From Methanobacteriota archaeon (GTDB taxonomy: Archaea > Hydrothermarchaeota > Hydrothermarchaeia > Hydrothermarchaeales > JACRDW01): 16,043 bases of DNA. The stretch spans positions 1 to 16,043 of the forward strand of contig JBDRDL010000006.1 of the NCBI GenBank assembly GCA_043820925.1. The letters are read 5' to 3'. Numbering within the stretch: the first letter of the stretch is position 1; each line of letters begins with the position of its first letter. Position numbers and translations under genes: made by a program. The notes beneath the pieces were generated by a model. The model was not told where the DNA came from. It searched no databases and was given only the letters and a program-made list of their open reading frames with translations. Below are positions 1 through 7,875 of this stretch, one piece after another.

Positions 1-1212
1 AACTTCAGCGCAGCGCGGGCGGGAGTTGTACTGCGAGGACATCACTATTCCATAGGCGCCTGTGTCTAGAAAAGCGATGGTATCGTCCTTCTCTATCTTG
101 GGCAACTTTCTATCTCTGGCCAAGATATCTCCAGACTCGCAGATGTTACCTGCGATATCAATGACCTCACTTGGCTTTAGATTCATCTTGTTCGCAACCA
201 CTGCTTCGTGATATGCATCGTACAAAATCAGTCTGAGCAAAACATGAAAGCCTGCATCCACTCCAATGAATTTTTTGTACTGACTTTGTTTTATCGTGCT
301 GACCCTCGCAAGCATTATTGCAGAATCGCCAACAATGTAGCGTCCTGGCTCAAGAAACAGCGTTGGCTCTTTCAGCGAGTGCTCTTTTATTTTGTTTTTA
401 ATAATCGGCACAAGCGAACGAGCCAAATCTCTCGGAGTAATAAACGGCTGGTCTTCTCTGTATCTTATACCTAAGCCGCCGCCAAGGTCTACGAATTCTA
501 AGTTGATGCCGAGTTCCTTCTTAAGTCTTCCAGCAATGTCCAAAAGCTTGCTTGTTGCCTCCTCGTAAGGTTTTGTTGATGTAATCTGCGAGCCAATGTG
601 CATGTGAATGCCTGAGATTTTCAGATACTCGCAGTCCAGCGCTGCTTTATATGCCTTTACAGCTTCTTCCCCGGGAATTCCGAACTTGCTCTCCCGCAGA
701 CCTGTGGCGAGGTGAGGATGCGTCTCAAGAGAAATTGCAGGATTGACTCTGAAGGAAATTTTCACAGCTTTCTTCTTTTGCTCGCAGAGCTTCCTCAGGC
801 GCTCTAATTCATGAACAGCGTCGAGATTTATTATAACTCCTGCATCCACTGCCTGCTCCAGCTCTTCGTCAGTTTTGTTGTTGCCGGTGAAAATAATCTG
901 CTCGGATTTTAATCCAACTTTAAGAGCGATAAATAATTCTCCCCCGGAAACTATATCTGCGCCTGCGCCTTCCTGGCAAAGAATGCGCAGCACAGCCAGC
1001 GAGGTATTTGCCTTGTATGCATATTTGATTTCTACTTCGGGGTAAAGCGCAGCAAATGCGCTGTAAAACTCTCGGTAGCGCTCCCTTACTCTGTTCTCGT
1101 CGACAACATAAAGTGGTGTGCCGAATTCTTCTGCTAACTCTACGGCATCTGCGCCGCCTATCGTTAGGTGGTGCTTTTCGTTTGATTTTATATGGGGTCT
1201 AAGCTGGGACAT
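1..1212 (-). CDS. lysA: Diaminopimelate decarboxylase (3' end runs off the window; absent from the ORF track)
   Basis: Manual translation from ATG at 1212 gives MSQLRPHIKSNEKHHLTIGGADAVELAEEFGTPLYVVDE...KYAYKAN (PLP lysine)...GADIVSGGEL...AGNICESGDIL...GAYGIVMSSQYNSRPRCAEV. The C-terminal motifs are in the same frame down to position 1. Confidence 0.96.
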   Translation of the reverse strand, partial: MSQLRPHIKSNEKHHLTIGGADAVELAEEFGTPLYVVDENRVRERYREFYSAFAALYPEVEIKYAYKANTSLAVLRILCQEGAGADIVSGGELFIALKVGLKSEQIIFTGNNKTDEELEQAVDAGVIINLDAVHELERLRKLCEQKKKAVKISFRVNPAISLETHPHLATGLRESKFGIPGEEAVKAYKAALDCEYLKISGIHMHIGSQITSTKPYEEATSKLLDIAGRLKKELGINLEFVDLGGGLGIRYREDQPFITPRDLARSLVPIIKNKIKEHSLKEPTLFLEPGRYIVGDSAIMLARVSTIKQSQYKKFIGVDAGFHVLLRLILYDAYHEAVVANKMNLKPSEVIDIAGNICESGDILARDRKLPKIEKDDTIAFLDTGAYGIVMSSQYNSRPRCAEV

Positions 1213-1620
1213 TTACAGCACCTTCTCCACAAATTCTTTTGGGCTGATTATTTTTACTCCTCTTACCGAGCCCAGTGAGAGTAAATCTTCATCTCCGGTT
1301 ACAATGAAATTTGCTTTTCCATTCAGTGCGCAGTCTGTGACGATTCTGTCTTCCTCGTCTCTCAGTGCAGCATCAAACTTTTTGTTTATCTCTACAATCT
1401 CGGCGAGGTAGTAGATAATTCTCACCAAGCCATTGATTTCCTCTTTCGCAAGGTTAAATTTCTTCAGCTGCAGGGTCTTCCTTAATTCGTTCAGGAGAGG
1501 ATAGGAGATTATTATATCAAACTCCCTGTTCAATGCTTTGAGCAGGATTTTATGCGGAATGCCCTTCCAGAGCAGCGCAGATACCAGAACATTCGTGTCA
1601 AGCACGGCTCTTGGGCGCAT
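1213..1620 (-). CDS. PIN-domain (VapC-like) putative toxin, TIGR00305/PIN_3 type
   Basis: VLDTNVLVSAL at the N-terminus and RDEED..TDCA..GKANFIVTGDEDLLSL acidic PIN motifs. It overlaps the upstream AbrB gene by 23 nt, and GTGAGG precedes the ATG. Confidence 0.9.
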   Translation of the reverse strand: MRPRAVLDTNVLVSALLWKGIPHKILLKALNREFDIIISYPLLNELRKTLQLKKFNLAKEEINGLVRIIYYLAEIVEINKKFDAALRDEEDRIVTDCALNGKANFIVTGDEDLLSLGSVRGVKIISPKEFVEKVL

Positions 1621-1885
1621 GCCTCACTTCCTCGCTCGCTTTTATTATGTCCTCTTCAGTTATTCCAAGAGCCAAAATTTTCTTGTTCACCTTCTCAAAT
1701 AGCTCTAAGAACTCTTTTTTGAGGTTGGGCTTCTTCAATTTCTTCAGCATGATAGTATCTTTCTCTCCGTAAACGACGAGGGCATCTCCTGGAGCTAATC
1801 CGACAAGCTCTCTTATATCCTGGGGTATCACCAGCTGTCCCTTGCTCGAAACCTTCGCCAGTCTTACTTCCATTTGCATCACCAT
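1598..1885 (-). CDS. AbrB/MazE/SpoVT-family DNA-binding antitoxin (VapB-like)
   Basis: AKVSSKGQLVIPQDIRELVGLAPGD is the swapped-hairpin AbrB signature, and the gene lies directly upstream of the PIN gene. Confidence 0.92.
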   Translation of the reverse strand: MVMQMEVRLAKVSSKGQLVIPQDIRELVGLAPGDALVVYGEKDTIMLKKLKKPNLKKEFLELFEKVNKKILALGITEEDIIKASEEVRHAPKSRA

Positions 1886-1917
1886 AGTAAGAATATCTTA
1901 CTAACGTCTTAAAATTT
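1885..1917 (-). promoter_or_regulatory. Promoter and palindromic operator of the AbrB/PIN operon
   Basis: Perfect 8-bp inverted repeat TAGTAAGA-ata-TCTTACTA (1885-1903) touches the start codon. An AT-rich TATA-like tract (minus strand AAAATTTTAAG) lies about 25 bp upstream of the ATG. Confidence 0.7.
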
Positions 1918-1923
1918 TACTGC

Positions 1924-3078
1924 CTAAACCACCTTCTCCATCCTCTCTAACGCCTCCTTAATTCTCTCCACCGGCTGCGTAAGCGCAAATCTCACAAATC
2001 CCTCGCCGCATTCTCCAAATCCTACTCCAGGGGTGCACACAACATCTGCTTTCTCCAGCAGCATATTTGCAAATGTGAGAGAATTGCGGTTCGGAACTTC
2101 AAGCCAGACATAAAAAGTTGCCCTCGGTTTTTCGCAGCTCAAGCCAAGCTCATTCAAGCCCCTGACAAAAACGTCTCTGCGCTCCTGATAAATTTTTATG
2201 TTTTGCTTAACGCAGTCTTGGGGTCCTCGAAGCGCTGCAATAGCAGCCTCCTGAATTATCTGCGATACTCCAGAGTCAACGTTCGTCTTCACTTTTCCTA
2301 GAGCTTCGATAATCTCAGCGTTGCCGGCTGCGTAGCCGATTCTCCAGCCGGCCATGTTGTAGGTTTTTGATAGCGAGTCAAAAACTATGCCCACTTCTCT
2401 CGCTCCTTTAATCTCCAAGAAGCAGGGCGCTTTATAGCCATCGAAGGCAATAGCTGAGTAAGCTTCGTCAGAGCAAACGACAATATTATTATCTGAAGCG
2501 AAATCTACAACCTCTTTGTAGAATGCCTTGTCTGCAGCCGCAGCCGTGGGATTATTCGGATAATTTATCCACATTAACTTGGCTTTTTTTATTTTCTCTT
2601 TTGCTATTGCTTCCAAATCTGGCAGAAAATTGTTTTCTTTTGAGAGGGGCATTGCAAAAGCTTCCCCGCCTGCGAAGAGAGTGCCTGTTTTATAAACAGG
2701 GTAGCCAGGGTCTGGATAGAGCACCACATCGCCTTTCTCAACGAATGCGAAGTTTATGTTATGGACGCCTTCTTTAGAGCCTATGAGCGCTATTACCTCT
2801 CTCTCGGAGTCGAGTTTTAATTTGAAATCTCTCCTGTAGCGCTCTGCAACTGCGCTGCGAAATTCAAGCATGCCCTCGTAGCTCGGATAGCGGTGGTTCT
2901 CTGGTTTTTTGGCTGCGCTGCAGCATGCATCGATTATGTGCCTCGGTGTGGGAAGGTCAGGGTCCCCCATTCCAAAAGTTATAACTTCTTTACCTGCCTT
3001 TTTTTCCTCTGAAATCTTCCTATCCAGCTCCGCAAACAGGTAAGGGGGAAGGTTTTTAATTCTCTGCGCTATTCGCAT
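1924..3078 (-). CDS. dapL: LL-diaminopimelate aminotransferase (class I/II PLP aminotransferase)
   Basis: LPPYLFAELD, GMGDPD, HRYPSYEG, LIGSKEG, NYPNNPT, DEAY and SLSKTYNMAGWRIG (PLP Lys) motifs; co-oriented with and upstream of lysA. Confidence 0.88.
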   Translation of the reverse strand: MRIAQRIKNLPPYLFAELDRKISEEKKAGKEVITFGMGDPDLPTPRHIIDACCSAAKKPENHRYPSYEGMLEFRSAVAERYRRDFKLKLDSEREVIALIGSKEGVHNINFAFVEKGDVVLYPDPGYPVYKTGTLFAGGEAFAMPLSKENNFLPDLEAIAKEKIKKAKLMWINYPNNPTAAAADKAFYKEVVDFASDNNIVVCSDEAYSAIAFDGYKAPCFLEIKGAREVGIVFDSLSKTYNMAGWRIGYAAGNAEIIEALGKVKTNVDSGVSQIIQEAAIAALRGPQDCVKQNIKIYQERRDVFVRGLNELGLSCEKPRATFYVWLEVPNRNSLTFANMLLEKADVVCTPGVGFGECGEGFVRFALTQPVERIKEALERMEKVV

Positions 3079-3110
3079 GCCTTTTCATTTTCTCTGCTAT
3101 TGTTAAAAAG

Positions 3111-3168
3111 GTTGCGCTTGCGACAGCAAGTTGCGCAACTTGCGATAGCTTTAAAACTCCAGCGCAAC
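3111..3168. repeat. Palindromic repeat cluster between the divergent dapL and topA promoters
   Basis: Perfect 18-bp palindrome GCAAGTTGCGCAACTTGC (3126-3143); units CTTGCGACAGC (3117) and CTTGCGATAGC (3139); outer inverted repeat GTTGCGCT (3111-3118) / AGCGCAAC (3161-3168). Confidence 0.75.
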
Positions 3169-3180
3169 TACGTTAGAAAA

Positions 3181-5235
3181 ATGAAAACACTGATAATAAC
3201 AGAAAAGCCAAAGGTCAGCCAGAGAATAGCCCAGGCGATAGCTGAAAAATACTCCGTAAAAAGAGACAGGGGCATCTCCTACTACGAAATCTCTTTGAAC
3301 GGCGATAAAATATTTGTTGCTTCCGCTGTTGGACATCTGTACTCTCTAATTCAGGAAAATTCAGGCTGGAGCTACCCTGTCTTCGAGATAAGATGGGAGC
3401 CTCTTCACAAAATTGACAAATCCAAGGCGTATGTAAGAAAGTACATTGAGGTTTTATCGGACTTGGGAAAAATCGTCGATGACTTTTACATAGCGACAGA
3501 CTACGACATCGAAGGGGAGCTTCTAGGATACAACGCCCTGCGCTTTGCCTGCATGCCAAAAGAGCGCAGAGTACTTAGAATGAAATTCTCAACTCTGACA
3601 AGCGCAGAGCTTTTCAATGCTTTCAAGAATCCGAGCAGCGTGGACTTAAAGCTTGTGGATGCAGGTGAGGCAAGGCACGTAATGGACTGGTTCTGGGGGA
3701 TAAATATTTCCCGTGCTCTTTCACTCTCTGCAAAGGTTGCAAACAGGCAGTTCACAATGATAAGTGCAGGCAGAGTACAGACGCCTGCGCTTGCGCTTGC
3801 TTGCAAGAGGGAGAAAGAAATCCGTGCATTTAAACCAGAAAAATATTGGGAAGTTTATGCGGATTTGGATGCAAAAGGAAAGAAAGTAAAGGCGCAACAC
3901 GTTAAAGGGAGGATATTCGACGAGAACGAAGCCAAACGAATTTTGGAGAATTCGAAAAGCAGGGAAGCAATTGTAAATGAGGTTGAGAAAAAAGAGATTA
4001 AAAAACCCGCACCCTTTCCCTTCGACTTGGGCACGCTGCAGACAGAGGCTTACAGAATTTTTGGATTCATTCCAAAAAAAACCCAGCAGATTGCTCAAAC
4101 TCTATACGAGAGCGGTTATATCTCATATCCGAGAACATCTTCGCAGAAGCTGCCCTATGCGATAGGATATGAAGGAATTTTGCGCAGTTTAATGGAGGCA
4201 GTAGAATTCAGGGACTATGTGGATGCGATTCTGAAGAAAGAAAAGCTGAAACCGAGAGAGGGTCCCAAGAGCGACCCTGCGCACCCTGCGATTTATCCGA
4301 CAGGAATTCTGCCGAAAGCTCTCAGCAGAGAGGCAGAAAAATTGTACACGCTGATAGTGCACCGCTTCTTGGCTGTTTTTGGAGAGCTTTTGATTAGAGA
4401 AGCTACGAGCATTTTGTGCGAGATTGGCAGAGAGCAGTTCAAATTCTCCGGAGAGAGAACTGTAGAGGAGGGCTGGAACAAACTATATCCCTACACCACT
4501 TTCAAAGAAGTTGAACTGCCTGCGCTGGGGATAGGAGACATTCTGCATGTTTTAAAGCTCTACTCTTCTGAAAAAGAGACGCAGCCTCCGGCGAGGTTCA
4601 ATCCTGCTTCTTTAGTAAAAGAATTAGAGAAGCGTGGCTTGGGAACAAAGGCAACGAGGGCAGAAATCGTCGACACCTTGTACCAGCGCGAGTATATTCG
4701 GGGAACTCTAATCGAAGCTACGGAGCTGGGCAGCGCCGTCATTGCGGCGCTGGAAGAGCATGTGCCTGCGATAATAAGCGAAGAGCTGACCAGAAGATTT
4801 GAGGAAAAATTGGAGAATATCCAGAACGGCAGGGAAAGCAAAGAAGGCGTTTTAGAAGAAGCCAAAAATGAGCTGACTAAAATAATGAACGAGTTCAAGC
4901 AAAAGGAAAAGCTGATTGGAGAAAAGCTCGGCAAGGCTCTCGAAGAGAAGAACAGGAGAAAATACGTCGTTGGGCAGTGCCCGAAATGCAACAGCGACCT
5001 TAGAATAATAAAGTCCAAAGCGACCAGCAAGATTTTCATAGGATGCTCGGGCTACCCAAAATGCTCGACTTCATATCCGCTGCCACAGAGGGAGGGAATC
5101 AGAACGACAGCTAAAAAATGCAGCACCTGCGGTCTGCCGATGGTGAGCATACCGTTTGGAAGGAAAAGATTTCTGAGCTGCGTAGATATGAACTGCAAGT
5201 CAAAAGAAAAATACAAGTCAGCAAAACGCTTTTAA
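3181..5235 (+). CDS. topA: DNA topoisomerase type IA (archaeal TopA/Top3) with C-terminal zinc ribbons
   Basis: Toprim IITEKP and ATDYDIEGE, SAGRVQTP, catalytic GYISYPRT, AHPAIYPT, GLGTKATR and C-terminal CxxC pairs. ATG 3181 is preferred over TTG 3100 because the Toprim domain starts there and TTTAAAA lies about 25 bp upstream. Confidence 0.96.
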   Translation: MKTLIITEKPKVSQRIAQAIAEKYSVKRDRGISYYEISLNGDKIFVASAVGHLYSLIQENSGWSYPVFEIRWEPLHKIDKSKAYVRKYIEVLSDLGKIVDDFYIATDYDIEGELLGYNALRFACMPKERRVLRMKFSTLTSAELFNAFKNPSSVDLKLVDAGEARHVMDWFWGINISRALSLSAKVANRQFTMISAGRVQTPALALACKREKEIRAFKPEKYWEVYADLDAKGKKVKAQHVKGRIFDENEAKRILENSKSREAIVNEVEKKEIKKPAPFPFDLGTLQTEAYRIFGFIPKKTQQIAQTLYESGYISYPRTSSQKLPYAIGYEGILRSLMEAVEFRDYVDAILKKEKLKPREGPKSDPAHPAIYPTGILPKALSREAEKLYTLIVHRFLAVFGELLIREATSILCEIGREQFKFSGERTVEEGWNKLYPYTTFKEVELPALGIGDILHVLKLYSSEKETQPPARFNPASLVKELEKRGLGTKATRAEIVDTLYQREYIRGTLIEATELGSAVIAALEEHVPAIISEELTRRFEEKLENIQNGRESKEGVLEEAKNELTKIMNEFKQKEKLIGEKLGKALEEKNRRKYVVGQCPKCNSDLRIIKSKATSKIFIGCSGYPKCSTSYPLPQREGIRTTAKKCSTCGLPMVSIPFGRKRFLSCVDMNCKSKEKYKSAKRF

Positions 5236-5258
5236 AATCAACACGTATAATATCTGCT

Positions 5259-5999
5259 ATGCATATATTGATAGCAATCTTGGCGAGCGTGTTCATCGTC
5301 AGTATTATTTCCCTCATTGGAATTTTTTCCCTCATGCTGAGAGAAGGACTGCTGAAAAGAATACTCTTCATCCTAATTGCCTTTGCTGCTGGAGCACTTC
5401 TGGGAGCAGCGTTTCTGGATCTCATTCCAGAGGCGATGGAAGAAAGTAAGGGTGCGAATGTATTTGGCTATGTCCTTTTCGGCATTCTCTCCTTCTTCGT
5501 TCTGGAGAGGTTCATCTTCTGGCGCCACTGCCATGATGGAAAATGCGATGTCCACACTTTCAGCTACTTAAATTTGGTCGGCGACGGCGTTCACAACTTC
5601 ATAGACGGCATGGTGATAGCAGCCGCCTTTTTAACCAACGTTCCGCTTGGCGTTGTTACCACTATTGCAATAATCTTCCATGAAATTCCCCAGGAAATAG
5701 GAGATTTTGGAATTCTGGTTTACGGAGGCTTCAGCAGGTTCAGAGCTCTCTTCTATAATTTTCTCTCCAGTCTGACCGCCTTCATTGGAGCGATTTCCAC
5801 CTACTTCTTTTCTTCTTACATAGAAAGCTCCCTTACCTTTCTCCTAGCCCTTGCGGCAGGCGGATTCATCTACATCGCCACTGCAGATTTGATGCCAGAG
5901 CTGCAGAAAGAGGTAGACTTCGAGAAATCTGTAGTTCAGCTTTTCTCTCTCATAGCAGGCATAGTCCTTCTCTGGGCGCTCATTCTATTTTTTGAGTAA
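5259..5999 (+). CDS. ZIP-family divalent metal (Zn) transporter
   Basis: Multiple hydrophobic helices, His/Cys loop HCHDGKCDVH, GDGVHNFIDG and HEIPQEIGD motifs. The start is trimmed to ATG 5259 to avoid overlap with topA. Confidence 0.92.
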   Translation: MHILIAILASVFIVSIISLIGIFSLMLREGLLKRILFILIAFAAGALLGAAFLDLIPEAMEESKGANVFGYVLFGILSFFVLERFIFWRHCHDGKCDVHTFSYLNLVGDGVHNFIDGMVIAAAFLTNVPLGVVTTIAIIFHEIPQEIGDFGILVYGGFSRFRALFYNFLSSLTAFIGAISTYFFSSYIESSLTFLLALAAGGFIYIATADLMPELQKEVDFEKSVVQLFSLIAGIVLLWALILFFE

Positions 6000-6010
6000 G
6001 GGAAGATAAT

Positions 6011-6850
6011 ATGAAGCGAATCGTTTTCTTAATCCTCTGCATCAACATAGCGCTGGTTTATGCTCAGGAAGAACCAGCAGAAACTTCTTCGACTCTTATT
6101 CTCAATGTTTACCTCGAGGAAAGTGGAAAGGCGCTGGTTACTGGATATTTGGAAAGCCAGGAGATGCTCTCCGGACTTCCATTTATCGAGAAGTCTGAAT
6201 ATATATTCCAGAACGATACGAATCAGCTTTATGCAATAACAGATTTGCTGACTTCCAAACAGGCAGAAAAATGGACGCTTAACTTTTCTCTGGGAGGCTA
6301 CTACACCGAATACAACGTAATCTTTTATTTTCCACCGAAAACAGCTCTTACCAAGATAGACCTCTCCCAGGACTTAAACTATTTTTTGAAGAGCGAGAAC
6401 GATTCTATCGTGCTCTCAACGCAGGGTTTTGGGGTAGCTTCGCCGAGCGTATTTCTGAACTACCAGCAGCTTATAGAAGAGAGGTATCCTAAAGCCGAAT
6501 ATACCTATGTTTTACTTCTAGCAGGCGCAGTGCTCATTTTATTTGCATTGCTATTCAGAAGGAAAAGAGAAATTCAAATTGAAAAGAAGGAAATCCAGCC
6601 CAGCAGCGAGATGCAGAAGGTCATCGAAACGCTCTCTGAAAATGAAAAGGTGATTGTAAATGCGCTCCTGAAAGAAGGGGGCAAGCTTACCCAGGCGAAG
6701 ATTCGCCGCGAGACAGGCATAGCCAAGTCCTCTCTCTCAGGAATCCTCAATGCTTTGCAGAGGAAGAATATGATAAAAAAAAGAGAATATGGCAGAACGA
6801 ACCTTATAGAACTTTCCTCGTGGTTCTTATCTGAAAAGGAGGTAAAATGA
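6011..6850 (+). CDS. Membrane-anchored winged-helix transcription regulator (COG2512-like)
   Basis: Signal peptide (MKRIVFLILCINIALVYA), about 145-aa extracellular region, TM helix YVLLLAGAVLILFALLF followed by RRKR, and C-terminal wHTH LSENEKVIVNALLKEGGKLTQAKIRRETGIAKSSLSGILNALQRKNMIKKREYGRTN. Confidence 0.8.
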   Translation: MKRIVFLILCINIALVYAQEEPAETSSTLILNVYLEESGKALVTGYLESQEMLSGLPFIEKSEYIFQNDTNQLYAITDLLTSKQAEKWTLNFSLGGYYTEYNVIFYFPPKTALTKIDLSQDLNYFLKSENDSIVLSTQGFGVASPSVFLNYQQLIEERYPKAEYTYVLLLAGAVLILFALLFRRKREIQIEKKEIQPSSEMQKVIETLSENEKVIVNALLKEGGKLTQAKIRRETGIAKSSLSGILNALQRKNMIKKREYGRTNLIELSSWFLSEKEVK

Positions 6851-6970
6851 ACGTTATCTGGAAAATCGTTCCGGGTCAAAAAGATGTATCGTTCGGGAGG
6901 AATTAAACATAGGTGGTCAAAATATCAAATGTAAATGACTACCTACGTCGGCTTTCAGAGGTAATAAAAA

Positions 6971-7597
6971 ATGAATAAAAAAATATTGAGCACGGCGCTC
7001 TTGGCGCTGCTACTGCTGGGCAGCATAGCCTATGCCCAACCTTTTGGAAAAGAGAAGGGAGTGCCTCCAGATAAAGGCAAGCCTCCACGACCGCATCTAG
7101 AGCCAGTTCTGGTCGGCCATGGCTTCGCTCTGGCCAGCGAGGAATTTCATGTGCTCTCGGTGAACGTCATAAAAGCCAGGGTGCTTCCTTCCAGAGATAT
7201 AAGAGAGTTTTTGAAAGAAAATAAGACTCTAGAAGAAATAAGGGAAGAGCTGGAGAAGAACAACAAAATCTTCGTTTACAGAGGGAACATAAAGTTCGCT
7301 GCGCAGCACTATGCGCTGAACATAACCCGCTTCGACAACACAACTTTGGATGCAGATATTTTGAAGCTGCCTCCCAGAGAACTCGGCATGCGTCCGGTGA
7401 ACGAGAGTATTAAGACAGAGGTCGTAGGGCATATCAGCACAGTGGTTATGGACTACGAGGGCTCTAGGGTCGGAACCGGCACCCTCAAAATAGACGGCAA
7501 GAGCTACAGCGTGCTGCTGAACATCGCCCCGCCCCGAAAATTTCCAGGCAGAGGACCGCCTGAAGGAATAAAGCCTCCAATGAAGGAGCGCAGCTAG
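6971..7597 (+). CDS. Secreted hypothetical protein with Pro-rich termini
   Basis: GAGGT SD upstream, signal peptide MNKKILSTALLALLLLGSIAYA, and a downstream terminator-like hairpin. No family recognised. Confidence 0.8.
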   Translation: MNKKILSTALLALLLLGSIAYAQPFGKEKGVPPDKGKPPRPHLEPVLVGHGFALASEEFHVLSVNVIKARVLPSRDIREFLKENKTLEEIREELEKNNKIFVYRGNIKFAAQHYALNITRFDNTTLDADILKLPPRELGMRPVNESIKTEVVGHISTVVMDYEGSRVGTGTLKIDGKSYSVLLNIAPPRKFPGRGPPEGIKPPMKERS

Positions 7598-7623
7598 TTC
7601 GGCAAGAAAAGATTTCCCTTCTA

Positions 7624-7660
7624 GGGCTCCCATTTTAGGGAGCCCACCCTTTCTTTTTTT
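7624..7660 (+). terminator. Hairpin plus oligo-T terminator
   Basis: GGGCTCCC-atttta-GGGAGCCC (7624-7645) followed by TTTCTTTTTTT, starting 27 nt after the stop at 7597. Confidence 0.7.
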
Positions 7661-7745
7661 CCTCATTTGTGCCACCATTTAATATTTTCTACAAGCTATC
7701 CTAGGCAGGGGCAAGTCTTATCTATGCACCAATTCGAAATAAACG

Positions 7746-7875
7746 GTGTCGAGCACTCGCCTGCGAGGCGTCGTTCGTGCTACCGATTGTCATCGGAGCG
7801 AGCCTGAGCGAGTGCAACCAAGGGTGAAGACACGAGGAGAAACGACTGAAAGGAGTTTCGACGAGTGGATTCAAA
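7746..7875 (+). other. Structured non-coding leader element of unknown family (RNA or ssDNA)
   Basis: Nested stems GTGTC/GACAC, GCACTCGC/GCGAGTGC and CCGAT-tgtc-ATCGG, then a GA-rich hairpin at 7833-7864 that recurs upstream of argG. Confidence 0.65.

Noticed and set aside
3100..3180. 27-aa N-terminal extension of topA from the TTG start in the ORF track
   Set aside because: It runs through the promoter and palindrome region, and the Toprim domain begins at ATG 3181.
5118..5258. N-terminal extension of the ZIP ORF
   Set aside because: It overlaps the topA 3' end. The hydrophobic ZIP sequence starts at ATG 5259.
7746..7864. tRNA, C/D-box sRNA, hammerhead or SAM riboswitch identity for the element
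   Set aside because: No T-loop or cloverleaf. CTGA (7804, 7846) and GTGAAGA (7824) are present but there is no upstream C box and the argG copy lacks them. No CTGATGA...GAAA hammerhead core or SAM-I core is visible.
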